Source: Nitrososphaeraceae archaeon (GTDB lineage: Archaea > Thermoproteota > Nitrososphaeria > Nitrososphaerales > Nitrososphaeraceae). Taken from it: a stretch of 64,000 bases of DNA. The first letter of the stretch is position 1. Each line of letters opens with the position of its first letter. The stretch covers positions 1 through 64,000 of the forward strand of contig DATFEP010000058.1 in the NCBI GenBank assembly GCA_035250975.1. The letters are read 5' to 3'. The position numbers were made by a program, and so were the translations under genes. Of the stretch, positions 63,624 through 64,000 are shown piece after piece. A model generated the notes under the pieces. The model searched no databases and was not told the DNA's origin. It was given only the letters and a program-made list of their open reading frames with translations.

Positions 63624-63704
63624 TTATATTATTCCGAACAAAAATCTTAGAAGTAAAACTAGAACGATTATTCCGACAACAATTGATATTATGGTCCAAA
63701 TCAT
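63624..63704 (-). CDS. 26-aa single-TM peptide (not in ORF track)
   Basis: MIWTIISIVVGIIVLVLLLRFLFGII*; TTATAT box about 22 nt upstream. Confidence 0.45.
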   Translation of the reverse strand: MIWTIISIVVGIIVLVLLLRFLFGII

Positions 63705-64000
63705 AACTATATTAACACATCATAGAATATAATGATTCATACCTATTTCTCGGAAAATAATTAGTTGACTACTGCCTCTTTTTGTATTCCACTTGAATTA
63801 AAAGCAAATGCAAAACAACCAGGTTGTATTTATCAAACTAAAATATTCATACAGCTAATTCAATATTTATATGAAAGAATACCCATAACTTAGCCATAAG
63901 TTTTAAACCCTATTAAAATATAATTTCTATGACATTACCATCGTACAGAATGTCGGAAGGATCCTTCAAATGGTTTCCGGAATGTGCCAATTGAAGGATT

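Noticed and set aside
63475-63699. 74-aa minus-strand ORF
   Set aside because: Random-looking sequence overlapping a more plausible 26-aa TM peptide ORF in another frame

Overview
Very AT-rich archaeal chromosomal DNA with long intergenic spacers. Gene content (TFB, TRAM protein, A/V-type ATPase, many small lineage-type ORFs, TATA boxes roughly 22-30 nt before start codons) points to a soil ammonia-oxidising archaeon (Nitrososphaerota, Ca. Nitrosocosmicus-like); the taxonomy is inferred. Main blocks: (1) a crotonase, then a KaiC/RAD55-type ATPase fused through a Zn-finger-like linker to an atypical class III nucleotide cyclase, co-oriented with a MinD/ParA ATPase (3.4-6.2 kb); (2) small hypothetical, TRAM and VOC genes with two decayed IS transposases; (3) a complete ATP synthase operon in the order K-E-C-F-A-B-D-H-I (15.7-24.5 kb); (4) an accessory region (25-63 kb) with a TFB paralogue, stand-alone receiver domains, a sensor kinase, ferritin-like proteins, a Dps pseudogene, NadE, DUF421, small secreted, hydrophilic and C2H2 proteins, sugar enzymes, Ku plus three-domain LigD, and a divergent HerA-like ATPase with no NurA. 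Several real small ORFs and pseudogenes missing from the ORF track were read by hand. No rRNA, tRNA or CRISPR array was seen.
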